Part shown: one piece after another, positions 14,365 through 26,570 of the stretch
Position numbering within the stretch: the stretch's first letter is position 1
Layout of the letters: each line of letters begins with the position of its first letter
NCBI RefSeq assembly: GCF_009914755.1
Contig: NC_060925.1
Source: the human T2T-CHM13v2.0 reference genome, Homo sapiens
Length of the DNA: 64,000 nucleotides
Direction: 5' to 3' (one strand)
Translations under genes and position numbers: made by a program
Notes under the pieces: model-generated
What the model saw: only the letters and a program-made list of their open reading frames with translations
What the model was told of the DNA's origin: nothing
Databases searched by the model: none

Positions 14365-14768
14365 ATAGAAAATGCAGTTGATGCCCACGCAGATCTTTGC
14401 AAGCCAGGTTTGCACATCCTTCAGCCTTTGCATTGTTTCTGTCTTCACTATTCTCTGGAGACTTGCCCTTGGCAGATGAGAATGACCTTGCAGGGAGAAG
14501 CAGGTTAGACCCCATCCCCTTCCAAGAGTTACTAGTAGTCAATGCCTGACTTGTGAAGCCCTTAAGAGTCTAGCACCTTTAGCTCTGTGGTGTAATTCAG
14601 TTACCAGAGCTCCCCAAATAATCAGACCTGAGCTACATTTCTCCTGAAACCATATCTTTGCATAGCTTCTTCTCCTGCCCTATCACTTGAGTTTCTCTTG
14701 AGAGCCCTCCTTCAATGAGTCACATGTGCAAAGATTTCTGCCCTAGACCTTACATCTAAGAAACAAGA
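14365..14768 (+). mobile_element. Ancient ERVL-class solo LTR (LTR16-like)
   Basis: CCAGAGCTCCCC..CTCCTGAAACCATATCTTTGCATAGCTTCTTCTCCTGCCCTATC..GAGAGCCCTCCTTCAATGAGTCAC. Confidence 0.6.
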
Positions 14769-15068
14769 AATAAAGTAATAGCCAAGTCACAAATGGACAC
14801 ATATGACTCCCCAAGCATTTATCTAATATAATTAAATTAACCTAGAACTTCTAAATTATTAAACCTTTCTGGTTTGGGGGATGGAATGGAGAAGGGATTC
14901 TATTCTGTATTATTTGTGAGCTTTCAAATATAAGTGACTCTGGAAATTTCAGGTCATCGCTTATTTTTCCCCCACGTCTCACCCCAGCAAAATGTCAGAC
15001 TCCTCTTTTTTTCCAAGGTAAGGAGCCGCTCATAGGTGAATGTATAAATATGTAAACTTTCAAAATTA

Positions 15069-17610
15069 AAGTCATATTTCCAATGTTGTAGAGAGAAATG
15101 CATCATCAGGCAAATTCATCTCTATGTGAACATCATAGAGTGTACTCATACAAAGCTAAAGGGTGTAGACTACTCTACACCTAGAATGTATTGTATAGTC
15201 TATTGCTTCTAGGCTACAAATCTGTACAGCATGTTACTGTACTGAATAGTATAGACAATTGTAATACAATGGTAAGTATTTATGTATCTCAACATATTTA
15301 AATATAGAAGAGGTACAGTAAAAATATGGTATAAAAGAAAAAATGATAAACCTGAATAGGGCATTTACAATGAATAGAGTTTACAGGACTCAAAGTTGCT
15401 CTGGGTGAGTCAGTGAGTTAATGACTGAATGACTGTGAAGGCCAAGGACATTACTGTACACTACTGTAGACTTTGTAAACACTGTACACTTAGACTACAC
15501 TAAATTTATTTTTTATAATTTTATCTCTTCAGTAATAATGTTATGTGTGTTATTGATTTATGTACTTTGAACCATCTTTATGTCACTGGGAAGAATCCTA
15601 CTTAACCACAGTCAATTATCGTTTTAATATATTGTTTAATTCAGTCTGCTGGTATTTTGTTGAGAATTTTTGCATTTATGTTCATCAGCGATATTGACCT
15701 GTAGTTTGCTTTGTAAGTTGTGTCTCTGTTTGGTTTTGTTATCAGGGTAATTGTGGCCTTGTAGAATGAGTTTGGAAGTATTGCCTTCACTTAATTTGTT
15801 AAAATACCTTGAGTAGAATTGGTATTAGTTCTTCTTTAAATGTTGGTATAATTCAGCAGTGTAGCCATCTGATCTTGGGTTTTTCTTTGGTGGGAGGCTT
15901 TTTCATTACTGCTTCTATCTCATTCCTAGTTATTTATCTGTTCAGGTTTTCTATTTTGTCATGGTTCAATCGTATTAGGTTGTATGTGTCCAGAAATTTA
16001 TCCGTTTCTTCCAGGTCTTCCAATTTATTGACATATAATTGATCACAGTAGTCTCTGATGATAGTTTGCATTTTTCTGGTATCAGTCATAATGTCTACTT
16101 TTTCATTTCTGATTTTATTTATTTGGTCTTATGTCTGTTTTTCTTAGTTTAGTTAAAGGCTTGTGATTTTGTTTCTCTCTTAAAAAACAAACTTTCCATT
16201 TCACCGATCTTTTGTACTTTTTTTAGCCTCAATTTTATTTATTTCTTCTTTGATATTTATTATTTCTTACCTTATTTAATTTTGGGTTTGATTTGTTCTT
16301 GCTTTTCTAGTTCTTTAAGATGCATCATTAAAGACTCAATTTTTTGGATGTGGTCATTTATTACTATACGCATCCCTCTCAGTACTGTTTTTGCTGTATC
16401 CCACAGGTTTGGGTATGCTATGTTTCCATTTTCATTTGTTTCCATTTTTTTTAGATTTTCTTCTTAATATTTTAATTGACCCATCAGTAAATCAGGAGCA
16501 TATTGTTTTATTTTCATATATTTGTATAATTTCCAAAGTTCCTCTTGTTTTTGATTTCTGATTATATTCTATTATAGTCAGAAAAGACACTTACTATGAT
16601 TTCATTTTTTTTGAATTTGCTGAAGACTTGTTTTATGGCCTAACATATAGTCTATCCCGGAAAATGTTCCATGTACTGTTGAGAAGAATGTGTATTCTGC
16701 AGCTGTTGGATGAAATGTTCTGTAAATGTCTGTTACGTCCATTTGGTCTATATTGCAGATTAAAACAGATATTTCTTTGTTTATTTTTCTGTCTAGATCA
16801 TCTGTCCAATGCTGAAATCCCCAATTATTGATGTTGAAGTCCCCAGTTATTGGAGTTAAATAATAAATGAGCCCTAGCTTATTTTAACTTTTTTACTTTA
16901 TACAATTTTTAATTATTTTTAACCTATTACCTTTTCTGTAATAATACATTTTAAAACACATACATTGTACAGCTGTCCAAAAGTATTTTCTTTCTTTACA
17001 TCCTTATTCTAAATGTTTTTATTTTAAATTTTCTTATTTTTATTTTTTACTGTTTAGATTTTTTGTTGAAAACTAAGGCACAAACACACACAGTAGCCTA
17101 GGCCTACACAGGGTCAGGATTATCGGTATCACTGTCTTCTACCTACACATCTTTAGGTAGATCTTTAGGGGCATTAATACACATGGAGTTGTTATCTCCT
17201 ATTATAACAATTCCTTCTTTTGAAATGTCTCCTGAAGGACCTGCCTGAAGCTGTTTAACAGTTAACTTATTTTTTAATGAATAGAAGGAATACACTCTTA
17301 AATAATGATATAAAGTATAGTATAGTAAATACATAAGCCTTTAACTTAGTTGTTTATTACTATTGTCAAGTATTATGTACTGTACATAATCATAAGTGCT
17401 ATACTTTTATAAGACTGATAGCATAATAGGTTTGTTGACACCAAAATCATCACAGACAGGCAAACATGTGAGAAATGCATTGTACTAAAACACTACAATG
17501 ACTCTGATGTCACCAGGCAGTAGAAATTTTTCAGCTCCATTATAATATTATGGGACCACCATCAAACGTGTGGTCCCTCATTGGCTAAAATGTTATGCAG
17601 CATGTGACTG
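15069..17610 (-). mobile_element. Tigger3b (Golem/MER7-type) Tc1/mariner MITE split by an L1 fragment
   Basis: GAGAAATGCATCATCAGGCAAATT..GTGAACATCATAGAGTGTACT at left; TTCAGCTCCATTATAATATTATGGGACCACC..GCATGTGACTG terminus at right. Confidence 0.85.
15540..16852 (-). mobile_element. Internal L1 ORF2 fragment (end of EN to start of RT), no 3'UTR or poly-A
   Basis: Antisense ORF2: ITGDFN..SALD-like near 16850-16795; TTGAGAATTTTTGCATTTATGTTCATCAGCGATATTGACCTGTAG (RT N-terminus) near 15660-15705. Confidence 0.9.
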
Positions 17611-17685
17611 TGTAGCAAAACCATAAAGAGTTCAGGAAGTCTTTGAAATGTTTTAAAATCCCTGATGTTTAGTTGAAGTTATACT

Positions 17686-18378
17686 ATTTAGAAATAAAAA
17701 CAAAATCCTAAGCCCCTCAACTGACTGAAATCTCCCCTCTTGGCCAAGGGATCACCAGGAAAACTTTGGAAACTAAGTTCTCAGCCATGACAGGATGAAA
17801 GGTCAGACATGCCTGTTATAACCTCTCCCTTGCTAACTACCATTAGGCTTTCTTCCCTAAGGGCCAAACAGAAAACAGCCCTTTCAAAAGACTCCATCCC
17901 TGCCATCAACCAACCGCCTGACTGCCGGCCTTCCCTTTTGGAGTTTCAACAAAGCTAGTGACCACCATTTCTTCCTGATGAGAGACCATTAACCATTGGT
18001 TGTTCTGGCCAAGGGTTTTCGTGTCTTCTGTTTCACCTTTTCATGTCAGGGAGTTGAAAATTCCACCCTTGAATCATGCCAATGCCACTGATTTTTTGTA
18101 CATGGAACCCCTGAAGAGGCATGAAGCTCAATTGTGCACATTTCTCCTCTCATAAATATCAGGACTCCTCCTGTAGCTTATTAAATATGTGTATTTGGCT
18201 TTCCTGCTCAGTATAAATTTCTATTCCCTTTACCTCTCCCTCAAAGTATGTTTCTGGCTTCTGGCCACAGGCTATGGTTCTCAGCCTGTCAGAATGGCCA
18301 TCCTGCAGGCTGCACCCTCTTGTAAGAAATAAAGCTCTCCTTTCCAAATTTATGAACTTTGTCATTCTTTAGTGGACA
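17686..18378 (+). mobile_element. MER4-family (MER4D/E-like) ERV1 solo LTR
   Basis: AAAATCCTAAGCCCCTCAACTGACTGAA..CTCTTGGCCAAGGG start; AATAAAGCTCTCCTTTCCAAATTTATGAAC..TGGACA end. Confidence 0.85.
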
Positions 18379-18542
18379 CTGTGCTGTTATAACAAATATT
18401 TATTTTGAAAGACAAAGCCAATACCCTGTGCTTTGACTTTGGAAATGTCTTTATCTTTTCTTTCTGTAAATCATAGGTCATTATGCTCTGCCCACGTGCC
18501 CATCTGTTCACATGTATGTAATATGCAGCATGTGCCTCACAC

Positions 18543-19186
18543 TGTTACCCATTGGAGTGCCTATGTGACTTAGCTGACTCCTACGCTGCTTGTTTTTGCC
18601 CAATCAATATCTGTGTGATATAGCTGAATTCTTACTCGGTGTTAACTCTGCTTATTTTTAGGAAACAGGATATCTGTGGTCAGAAGTTGCCTCTTAGGAC
18701 TAAACCAGTGAAAGATGGGAAAATCCATGATGGAAGCTTGCTTGAACTCTGAAGAAACACTGGCTTCTTTGTAATCCAATTTCCATATTAAATGACAGTC
18801 CAGCCAGTACCATGAAAGTTGAAAATCACCATGACAATGACAAGAAGAGACCAAAAAAGGGCAGAAAAGGGGCTCCTTGATTCCAGGGAAATCTTCAACC
18901 CTCCTTGATTCCAGGAAAATCTTTATCCCTTCCTAAGAAAAGCGTAAGTATTCCTGCCTTTGCTTTCAATTCCCAACCCCTTCATTAAAGCTATCCTACA
19001 TCTGTAACTTCCTGGTTCTCAGGAGCCAAGAAGTTGATTGGTGGGCCACTCTCCCACTTCTCCATTTTATGACCATCAAATAAAGCCTGCACTTCTCAAT
19101 GCTCCTTTCCCATTTCATATACTGGCTTCACAACACCAAACATAAAAGACCCCACCTTTTACGGTAACTGGGAACCCCTAGTAACA
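18543..19186 (+). mobile_element. Solo LTR, probably ERVL-class (subfamily uncertain)
   Basis: Inverted termini TGTTAC...GTAACA, AATAAA at ~19079, internal 28-bp direct repeat at ~18873-18930. Confidence 0.6.
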
Positions 19187-20226
19187 ATAATGGTTAAAGT
19201 GTCACAGAAAATATTAGGCCCAGGCATTAACATAACTAGAATCCAGAGAGAGAACAAGGAAGGTCCTCTTGGGGGAAGGAAGCAAGAAGGAAGAGAAAAT
19301 GAAAGGGAGATGAAGGAATGAAAGGACAGAAGTATGAAGGAGGGAGGATGGCTAAGAATGAAAGGAGCCTAGAAAGCTGGCCTCCAAAGAAATTTAGGCT
19401 CAGCGACTGCAGAAAATTTATTTCCTTGACCCAGGGAGTCCTCTTCGGTAAGGAGGATTATTAAAACTTCGATATGTCTCCCTTGGCAATGTTCGTATAT
19501 TATTTCCCAACTTACATGAAAGAAAACAAAGAGACAGCTTGCCTTGTGAGAAGACAGTGTGGATGTGGCAATGAGAAGATGAAATGTAAATCCTTTTATA
19601 TTGTTACAAGTTAGACATAAAGAAAGACTTCAGTGGTGTGTCTAACAGTCAGTGATTTTGCAGAGACAGCTTGTCTGGCTCTGCCCCTTGCCTGGCATTG
19701 TGCTGTGGCTAATTGGACCAGGCAGCTCTTTTTCATTAGTGTTTTTAGTTCCTGCCCTAGTAATGTAAAGGTAAATCTATTTTTATCTTCTTGGCTGTAT
19801 CTATTGATATTTAATGACAGGAAGTTCACCTTTCAGTACAACTAAAAATATTATGCCTCTCAGGATTACTGGTTTTCTTTTTATTCTTTTTTCATCTACA
19901 CTGAACAGAAAGATCACCATAATAATCGTATGCTATTTTAATGATAGTGTAAATGTATTGGCATTTTTCCTCTCAGGTAGAACTCAAAGTGAAGCTTTCA
20001 GGTTTCTGGAGAGAAACATTTTGGTCTCTTCATAGTTCGCACTGTTACACCCCACAGTCAGCTGCCCATTATTCATTCTCTCTGCCCAGATGATAAAATA
20101 ACAAGCTTTGTACTCCATTGCTGTGTGTGTTGGTGCTTCAAAGATGGCGTGCTGAGAGAACCTGCCCTCTCCTAAAGTGAATGTTAGAAGTTTCAGGAAA
20201 AGGTCCAACGTCCTTCAAAATCTTAC

Positions 20227-20390
20227 CTTCTCTAATAAGGGAGGTGAAAGATGTCAAGAAAAGGCCACTAGCAGTCCACTGTGAATTATCTGTTTCCTCA
20301 CCAAGAACTAATGGTCTGCACTGGGATTCCTCATCTTCTTTTAACTCTCATGCCATAGTCAGGTTTCCAAGAAATGCAACATATAGCATC
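20227..20390 (-). other. Candidate non-coding exon (164 nt)
   Basis: Acceptor TTTTTTTTTCTGTAG|G, donor AAG|GTAAGA; stops in all three frames; unique sequence. Confidence 0.5.
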
Positions 20391-20779
20391 CTACAGAAAA
20401 AAAAATACCCAGTATTAGTTATGTATGGATTTCTGTCCTGAGAATGGCTCTAGGGATCTGGGATCAGAGTATAGGAGAAAAATAAGAAAGTCATTTTCCT
20501 CCATTAATTCTAGAGCTTATCCAAGTTATCAGGTTCCTTAGTCATACCAACTTCCAAATTTTTCAAAACTAAAGGTAATATTGAATTAACTTAATCTTGT
20601 AAGAGAAACAGGTTGATAATACTAAACTTGGAGTATATAGGTGCATTAACCTTGGAATATATAAGTTCTTTCTATCTCCTCAAGTTCTTCTGATTGATTC
20701 TCAACTTCACTAAACAAGAATCCGTAAAGGCAGAAGACAAAAAATATGTGACTATAGTCAAGTGGGCTCAAAAGTCTTC

Positions 20780-21008
20780 ACTCATATTTATAGAGTCCTT
20801 ACAATGTTACTGGCATTGAGCCAAGTATTTTATATGTATTATCTCACTTAATTCTCACCAAATCTGATGTGGATGATGTTATTTTCCCCTCTTGTGGATA
20901 AGAAGATAAGAACCAGGGAGGATAAATAACTTGCCCACAAACATATAAACAGTAAGTTGCAGAGTGAAGTTTAAATCCAGAAACCAGAGACTTTGCTCTC
21001 AACTGCTG
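20780..21008 (-). mobile_element. MIR SINE
   Basis: TATTATCTCACTTAATTCTCACCA..AAATAACTTGCCCA..AGTAAGTTGCAGAG. Confidence 0.75.
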
Positions 21009-21389
21009 ATCTGAAATAAAAGTTATTACTCTTCTAATGAGGGAGACATTTCCTTCAAGTCTTGTTTTTCTGCATAAAAATTCATGCAGATATTATATGT
21101 GACAACTTTTAATATTTGTTTTAAGAATAAAATTTGTTTAATGCAACCTTTTGGCTACCAGAAAAGACACTGTTGCATTTTAAAAATTAGTTTCTGAAAT
21201 TTTGGTAGAATTGAAAAATATAAATATTACATATCAAATTTTCTTATTATTGTATACATACACATAGATTTGATGTAAAAAGCGATCAACTGATGAAGGA
21301 ACAAATGTGTGATCTATTAATTCTGTTGTCTTCCACTGTACATTCCTAAAAATTGGGTCTAGTCTGGCTTAAGAAGCAAAGCAAAATAA

Positions 21390-21910
21390 CGCTCCACAGA
21401 TTAAAATCCTCCAGTGGCTTGTCTGGAATGTAAAGTCCCAACTAGGGAAAATATAGCCCTTGATGTTCAATTCCTGGCTAATTCTCCAGCTTTACACCTA
21501 ACTCTAGTCATATTCAACTTCACTTAAAAATCCATACACTATGCTCTAGTTACTTCTAATTTTTCCTAAATCCCTGCTCATGTCCAGAGCTTTTTGCAAT
21601 TCTATTGCTCAGTTAATCACTCTTCATCCTTGGACTTCTATTTAAACATTTCTTTTGGAACATCTTTCTTAATTCAGTTCTCTAAATTAAAAGTAGATGA
21701 CTTTCCTATGTATTCCCATATATACTATAATTCTCCATTTAGTACTTGACCCTTAGTATTGAAATCGACTTACTATTGATCTGTATTCTCCATTATATTA
21801 TAAACTCTTTGAGAGCAAGTGCAATGTTGTATTCAGCTTTATTTTATTAGCACTTAGCACAGTATCAGACCTTCATAGTAAATGCTTAAGAAAATATTGA
21901 CTATTGAATT
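21390..21910 (+). mobile_element. L2 3' fragment
   Basis: TTAAAATCCTCCAGTGGCTT..TAAACTCTTTGAGAGCAAG..AGTAAATGCTTAAGAAAATATTG. Confidence 0.65.
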
Positions 21911-22749
21911 AATTATTTTACCTTTACTACTGATGAAGGGAGTTGAAAAGTAGTTATTAGATAAAACAATTGTATCAGTAAATATCAACTCCTTTTACTA
22001 ACCTAAAATTTGGGACATTTCACAATGTTATATAATTACAATGGTGCTCAATGAATTTATATCTTTCATCATTATTTTATCCATTTATCTATTTTTTTAG
22101 AGTCTCTTTACTCTTTTTGTCATATCTTCTTCCTCTGACGTTAGCCTCTATATAGAGCTCTGTCTGAGCAATCTGAATGAGATTTGAATAGAGGTGACAA
22201 CTTGGTTTAAGTTCAGGCCTATCCAAATCATTGCTCTCAGTGGATTCACTTCTACTTCTTAAACTACATAATTTTCTCATTTAATACACTTATAATCGTT
22301 TTATAAAAATAGAGTACTTATTTGCCTCTTTGAGAATTGTAATTAGTTGTTATCTTTCTGGCATCATCTTCTAGATTGTGACTTCTACTTCACTTGATGA
22401 AAAGAGCAATGTCTGCCTGCTGACTCACTGTGATTAGTAACCCATTTTACATACAGGAAGAAACAAATAGGTTTGCTAACTATGTTATTGATTGGACAAT
22501 TCATTTGGAAAAAGAAATTCTTTTCTTTTGATGTAATTTTTGCAAAAGGGAGAGAAAATGCACTTCATAAAGAAAAGACCAGTACCTGTCCTCCATAATT
22601 CTGTGTATGAGAGTCACAAAAGCAGATAGATGGGACATTCAAATCGAGTAATATGAGAAGAGGTTATTTAATGTACTGTTTATAAAAGTGCATTCATAAC
22701 CACAACATAGGGCTAGTGTGGTGCCTAAAGTTAGTAATAGTAGAACACC

Positions 22750-23036
22750 AAGAGGGAAAGATTACCAAAATCTGTAGACAGAAAGAGAGAGAGATGTGTG
22801 GAGCGATCTTTCCTCAAAAGATCCAGCCTATTTATGGCATATCCACAGGGAGTAGGTTTACTCCTTTCCTCCAGTCTCCAGCCAGTACTCTGGAGTAATT
22901 TAATATAACTGGAATCCAGAGAGAGAACAAGAAAGGTCATGGAGGTAATTCTTACAGATTATCCTCTTGGGGTACACAGCAAGTCAGAGAAGGTTAAAGA
23001 GTAGATCTGAATGCCCAAACAGAATTCGTGAATACA
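22750..23036 (-). mobile_element. LTR33/LTR41-like ERVL LTR fragment
   Basis: TCCTCTTGGGGTACACAGCAAGTCAGAGAAGGTTAAAGAGTAGATCTGAATGCCCAAAC resembles the antisense LTR33 5' end. Confidence 0.5.
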
Positions 23037-23694
23037 TCTAGTTTCCAGTTGAGCTCCACCGACTATTATTAAGTAACCTTTAAGTTCATAGGAAAATAAC
23101 ATAACAAGCTTAGACTGATCCTTCATTCACCCAGCTCCAAGACCTTTTGCTGAACTCAGGGACTCTGCCCTTCTGCTAGGGGTATTCTAGCAAAATTACA
23201 ATTTACAAATTGACAACTTCTAAAATTGACAGCTCTTGTATATGTATTTTCAAATGCTTCTTAATGCTACTACATCATTAATTTCTAATTATTACCAAGC
23301 TTTCTACAGTTTAGAAAGATGTGTAGTCTCACAGTATATTTCCATCATCCAGAATGTTTATGTCATTGTAGTTATAACTTCTCACCCTTCTATATTGTGT
23401 CGTTCAATGTGTGGTTTCTCTGGGGAGATGGATTACATTTTCAATAGATCCTAACTAACCTCTGGTCATTAGACTGAAAGTTCCAAGAATAAAGGATTCA
23501 CGTTAGGATATATTTTTGGATATTTAACCTTCTATTTCAGCAAAAGTTCAATAAGTCTTTTTAAAATAAAAATGAATATAAAACATATTTACCTTTTTTC
23601 CATTTTGGCAATTAAAATCATTTACCATAATGAAATATTTTTGAATTTTTTTAAGTGTGGCCAAAGCATTTTTCAGGTCTTTATCAAGGCCTTT

Positions 23695-24390
23695 GTCTCA
23701 GTATATTTTTCTTATAAAAGATAGACTAAAAATGATTTCATATAGAGTTTGAGATTTATTGGGAGGTACATTACCAAGGCAGCAAAGGTGAGAGAGGGAA
23801 GAAGGTAAATCAAATACAGGATATATATTTCGAAACTATTCAAACCTCCACAAGAAAATATAACAGTGCCTTAATCACATGAAACAGGTAAAGTTGTTCA
23901 GAGCCATGCTGCTTTGCAAAAGTTTCCTGGGGAAAGAAAGGAAAATAATTTATCTTCAGATTTCCTGACCTTGTCTCCTCTTTCTCAGTGGCCAAAAATT
24001 GACCACATGCATTAACAAAGCCTACAAAAAAAAAACCTTTCAGGTTGTGTCAACCAGACACTCCAGCAAGGTGCTCTGGAAGGCATAACCATGCTCTGAC
24101 GTGTGAGGCTTTACCTAAGTCCAGAGTGGTGGAAGGAGCCAGAGCCTCTTGAGATCTGTTTATTCCTGGCCTGGGCTCCTAAGTCCTAAAGCTCCTCATT
24201 ATGTTGGGGCCAAGGGAAGCAAGACATTAATCATAATCTTGAGGCTAGCAGAGACAAGTGGCAGTATTATATGATGGAACATGACTTTCCGTTGGGCAAG
24301 AGGTTTGGGGCCAGGAACTTAACTATTTAGCAATTAACTGTGAAACAAAGTGAATCTGGGGAACATCATAAATTGAGTCTCTGAGATTCA
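23695..24390 (-). mobile_element. Ancient LTR-like element (ERVL class, family uncertain)
   Basis: TGTCTCAG start, GATTTATTGGGAGG (antisense AATAAA), purine-rich LTR-like body. Confidence 0.35.
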
Positions 24391-24720
24391 CATACATACT
24401 CCCATGATACCTGGCTTTGTGGTAACAAGAGAAATAATAACAAAATGTTATAACTTCTTCTGTGAAACAGGAGGTACAAGTTCAATCTCTGAAGATGATG
24501 GAGGAATATATCTACGCTTGAATCCATCTGGAGTTACAACTTTACACCTCTCTCTTCAAAGTCCTCTTTCCCAAGACAGGCGCCCCTTTCTAGGGTCATT
24601 CATTCTAAAATCTATGTGTAATTCCAGCCTATTTGAACTGGAATAGGAGTAATCAACCAAATCAGTGTTGTTTTCAACAGTAAGCTCTAAAGATGAGATA
24701 TATTTTAATAAACATGTATC

Positions 24721-25282
24721 TTTTTTATTATACTTTAAGTCCTGGGATATATGTGCAGAATGTGCAGGTTTGTTACATAGGTATAAATGTGCCATGGTGG
24801 ATTGCTGCACCCATCAAACCATCGTCTACATTAGGTATTTCTCCTAATGCTATCCCTCCCCTAGTCTCCCATCCCTGACAGGTCCCATTGTGTGATGTTC
24901 CCCTCTCTGTGTCTATGTGTTCTCATAGTTCAACTCCCACTTGGGAGTGTGAACATGTGGTGTTTGGTTTTCTGTTCCTGTGTTAGTTTGCTGAGAATGA
25001 TGGTTTCCACTTTCATCCAAGTACCTGCAAAGGACATGAACTCATCCTCTTTTATGGCTGCATAGTATTCCACGGTATATATGTGCCACATTTTCTTTAT
25101 CCAGTCTATCGTTGATGGGCATTTGGGTTGGTTCCAAGTCTTTGCTATTGTGAATAGTGCTGCAATAAACATACGTGTGCATGTGTCTTTATAGCAGAAT
25201 GATTTATAATCCTTTGGGTATATACCAGTAATGGTATTGCTGGGTCAAATGGTATTTCTGGTTCTAGATCCTTGAGGAATTG
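24721..25282 (-). mobile_element. L1PA (approx. L1PA7/8) 5'-truncated 3' end
   Basis: TTTTTTATTATACTTTAAGT start; ORF 24930-25172 MFIAALFTIAKTWNQPKCPS..WIKKMWHIYT is the L1 ORF2 C-terminus. Confidence 0.95.
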
Positions 25283-25337
25283 TATAGTATATATTCTTGT
25301 CCTGACAACAGAGTAAGATAGTAAATAAAACACATAC

Positions 25338-25421
25338 CTGTGACAGACTTTCCAATGGAAAATATTCTTAATGGAAGACACTGACTAGAGCAGTCCTTGT
25401 TAGTTTCCCTGTAGAATTCTT
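25338..25421 (-). other. Weaker candidate exon (84 nt)
   Basis: Acceptor GTTTCTATAATTTTAG|A, donor CAG|GTATGT. Confidence 0.3.
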
Positions 25422-25739
25422 CTAAAATTATAGAAACACTCAGCGCATAGGCCAATCACAATTATACTTACAGCTTGTGTTTATGAAACGCCTAAATTTC
25501 TGAATAATAATATCATTAAGGAAACAAAAAATAAATAGGATTTTGGCATTTACCTATTTCCTAATATTCCTGATTGCATATATATATTTTAAAAATTCCT
25601 TTTGTATAAACTCATCAAAATGTTTTATTATTTTGTTCTTTGTATTTTACCCATTTACTTAGTAGTTCTATTTTTAAAAGCATATGTAGCATGCCATGAG
25701 ATATCACTACAAAAATAAGTACCTCATTCTTTCTCTCTC

Positions 25740-26570
25740 TTTTTACTGCATTCTGTCTTGAAACCAATCCAATTCAATCTAAATGGAGGTGACTCCACAG
25801 CACCACTATTACGGCTAATGCAATACTGACTAGTGTTTTCCACAATACTCTGTTGATGGTCTGACATCCTATCTGGAACTATCGTACACAGGTGATGGAA
25901 ATGATCATTCTTTCCTTCTTAAAGTATTCTCTTCACTTGACTCTAGGACACAATATATCTAACAACAGCTTTTTACCTCAAGAGCAGCCTATTCAATGTC
26001 TCATTACCAGCTTCTGCTCCTCTTGCAAACTTCTCAGAGAGTGTTTCACTTCTCTCAATTCCTGTCTTCTCATGTACAGATACCTAAATAAACTCATCCA
26101 ATCCGATTAAAAAATACTACTTCTGCTCTGATGATTTCTAAATTTCTATGTCTAGTCTGAATCTTTATTCTGAGCTGCATACTCATATACCCATGTGTCC
26201 AATTGTGTTCTCACATCTCCATCTCATATCTAAAAGGCATCTCACATGTTATTTGGCCAGAACAGAATACTTTTTCTCCGTGTAAATTTTTCTTCCCTCA
26301 GGTTTCCAATAAATTGAACCATTTCTTCAGGTAGTCAGGCCCCAAAACTTAGAGTCTTCCATAGCTCTTCTTTTTCTTCTAAACTCCTTACTCAATTCAT
26401 AAGCCAGCACTAACGTATTAACTTTTAAAATACGCGCTGAATCACCATTTCTTGATCCGACGTTACCACTGTCCTGGTCCATGGCACCATCCTGTCTTCT
26501 TTTGACTGCAGCACTGAGCTGCAAATTTTGCCCCCATTCATGTACATTCTTTACGGAGCAGAATGGCAAA
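25740..26570 (+). mobile_element. L2 fragment
   Basis: TACTACTTCTGCTCTGATGATTTCTAAATTTCTATGTCTAG..CCCAAAACTTAGAGTCTTCC. Confidence 0.7.

Noticed and set aside
14950-15025. Plus-strand donor AAG|GTAAGG (and CAG|GTAAGA at ~45692)
   Set aside because: No convincing paired acceptor or coding frame; isolated donors are common.
24930-25172. L1 ORF2 C-terminal ORF
   Set aside because: Part of a 560-bp 5'-truncated L1PA; cannot encode active ORF2p.
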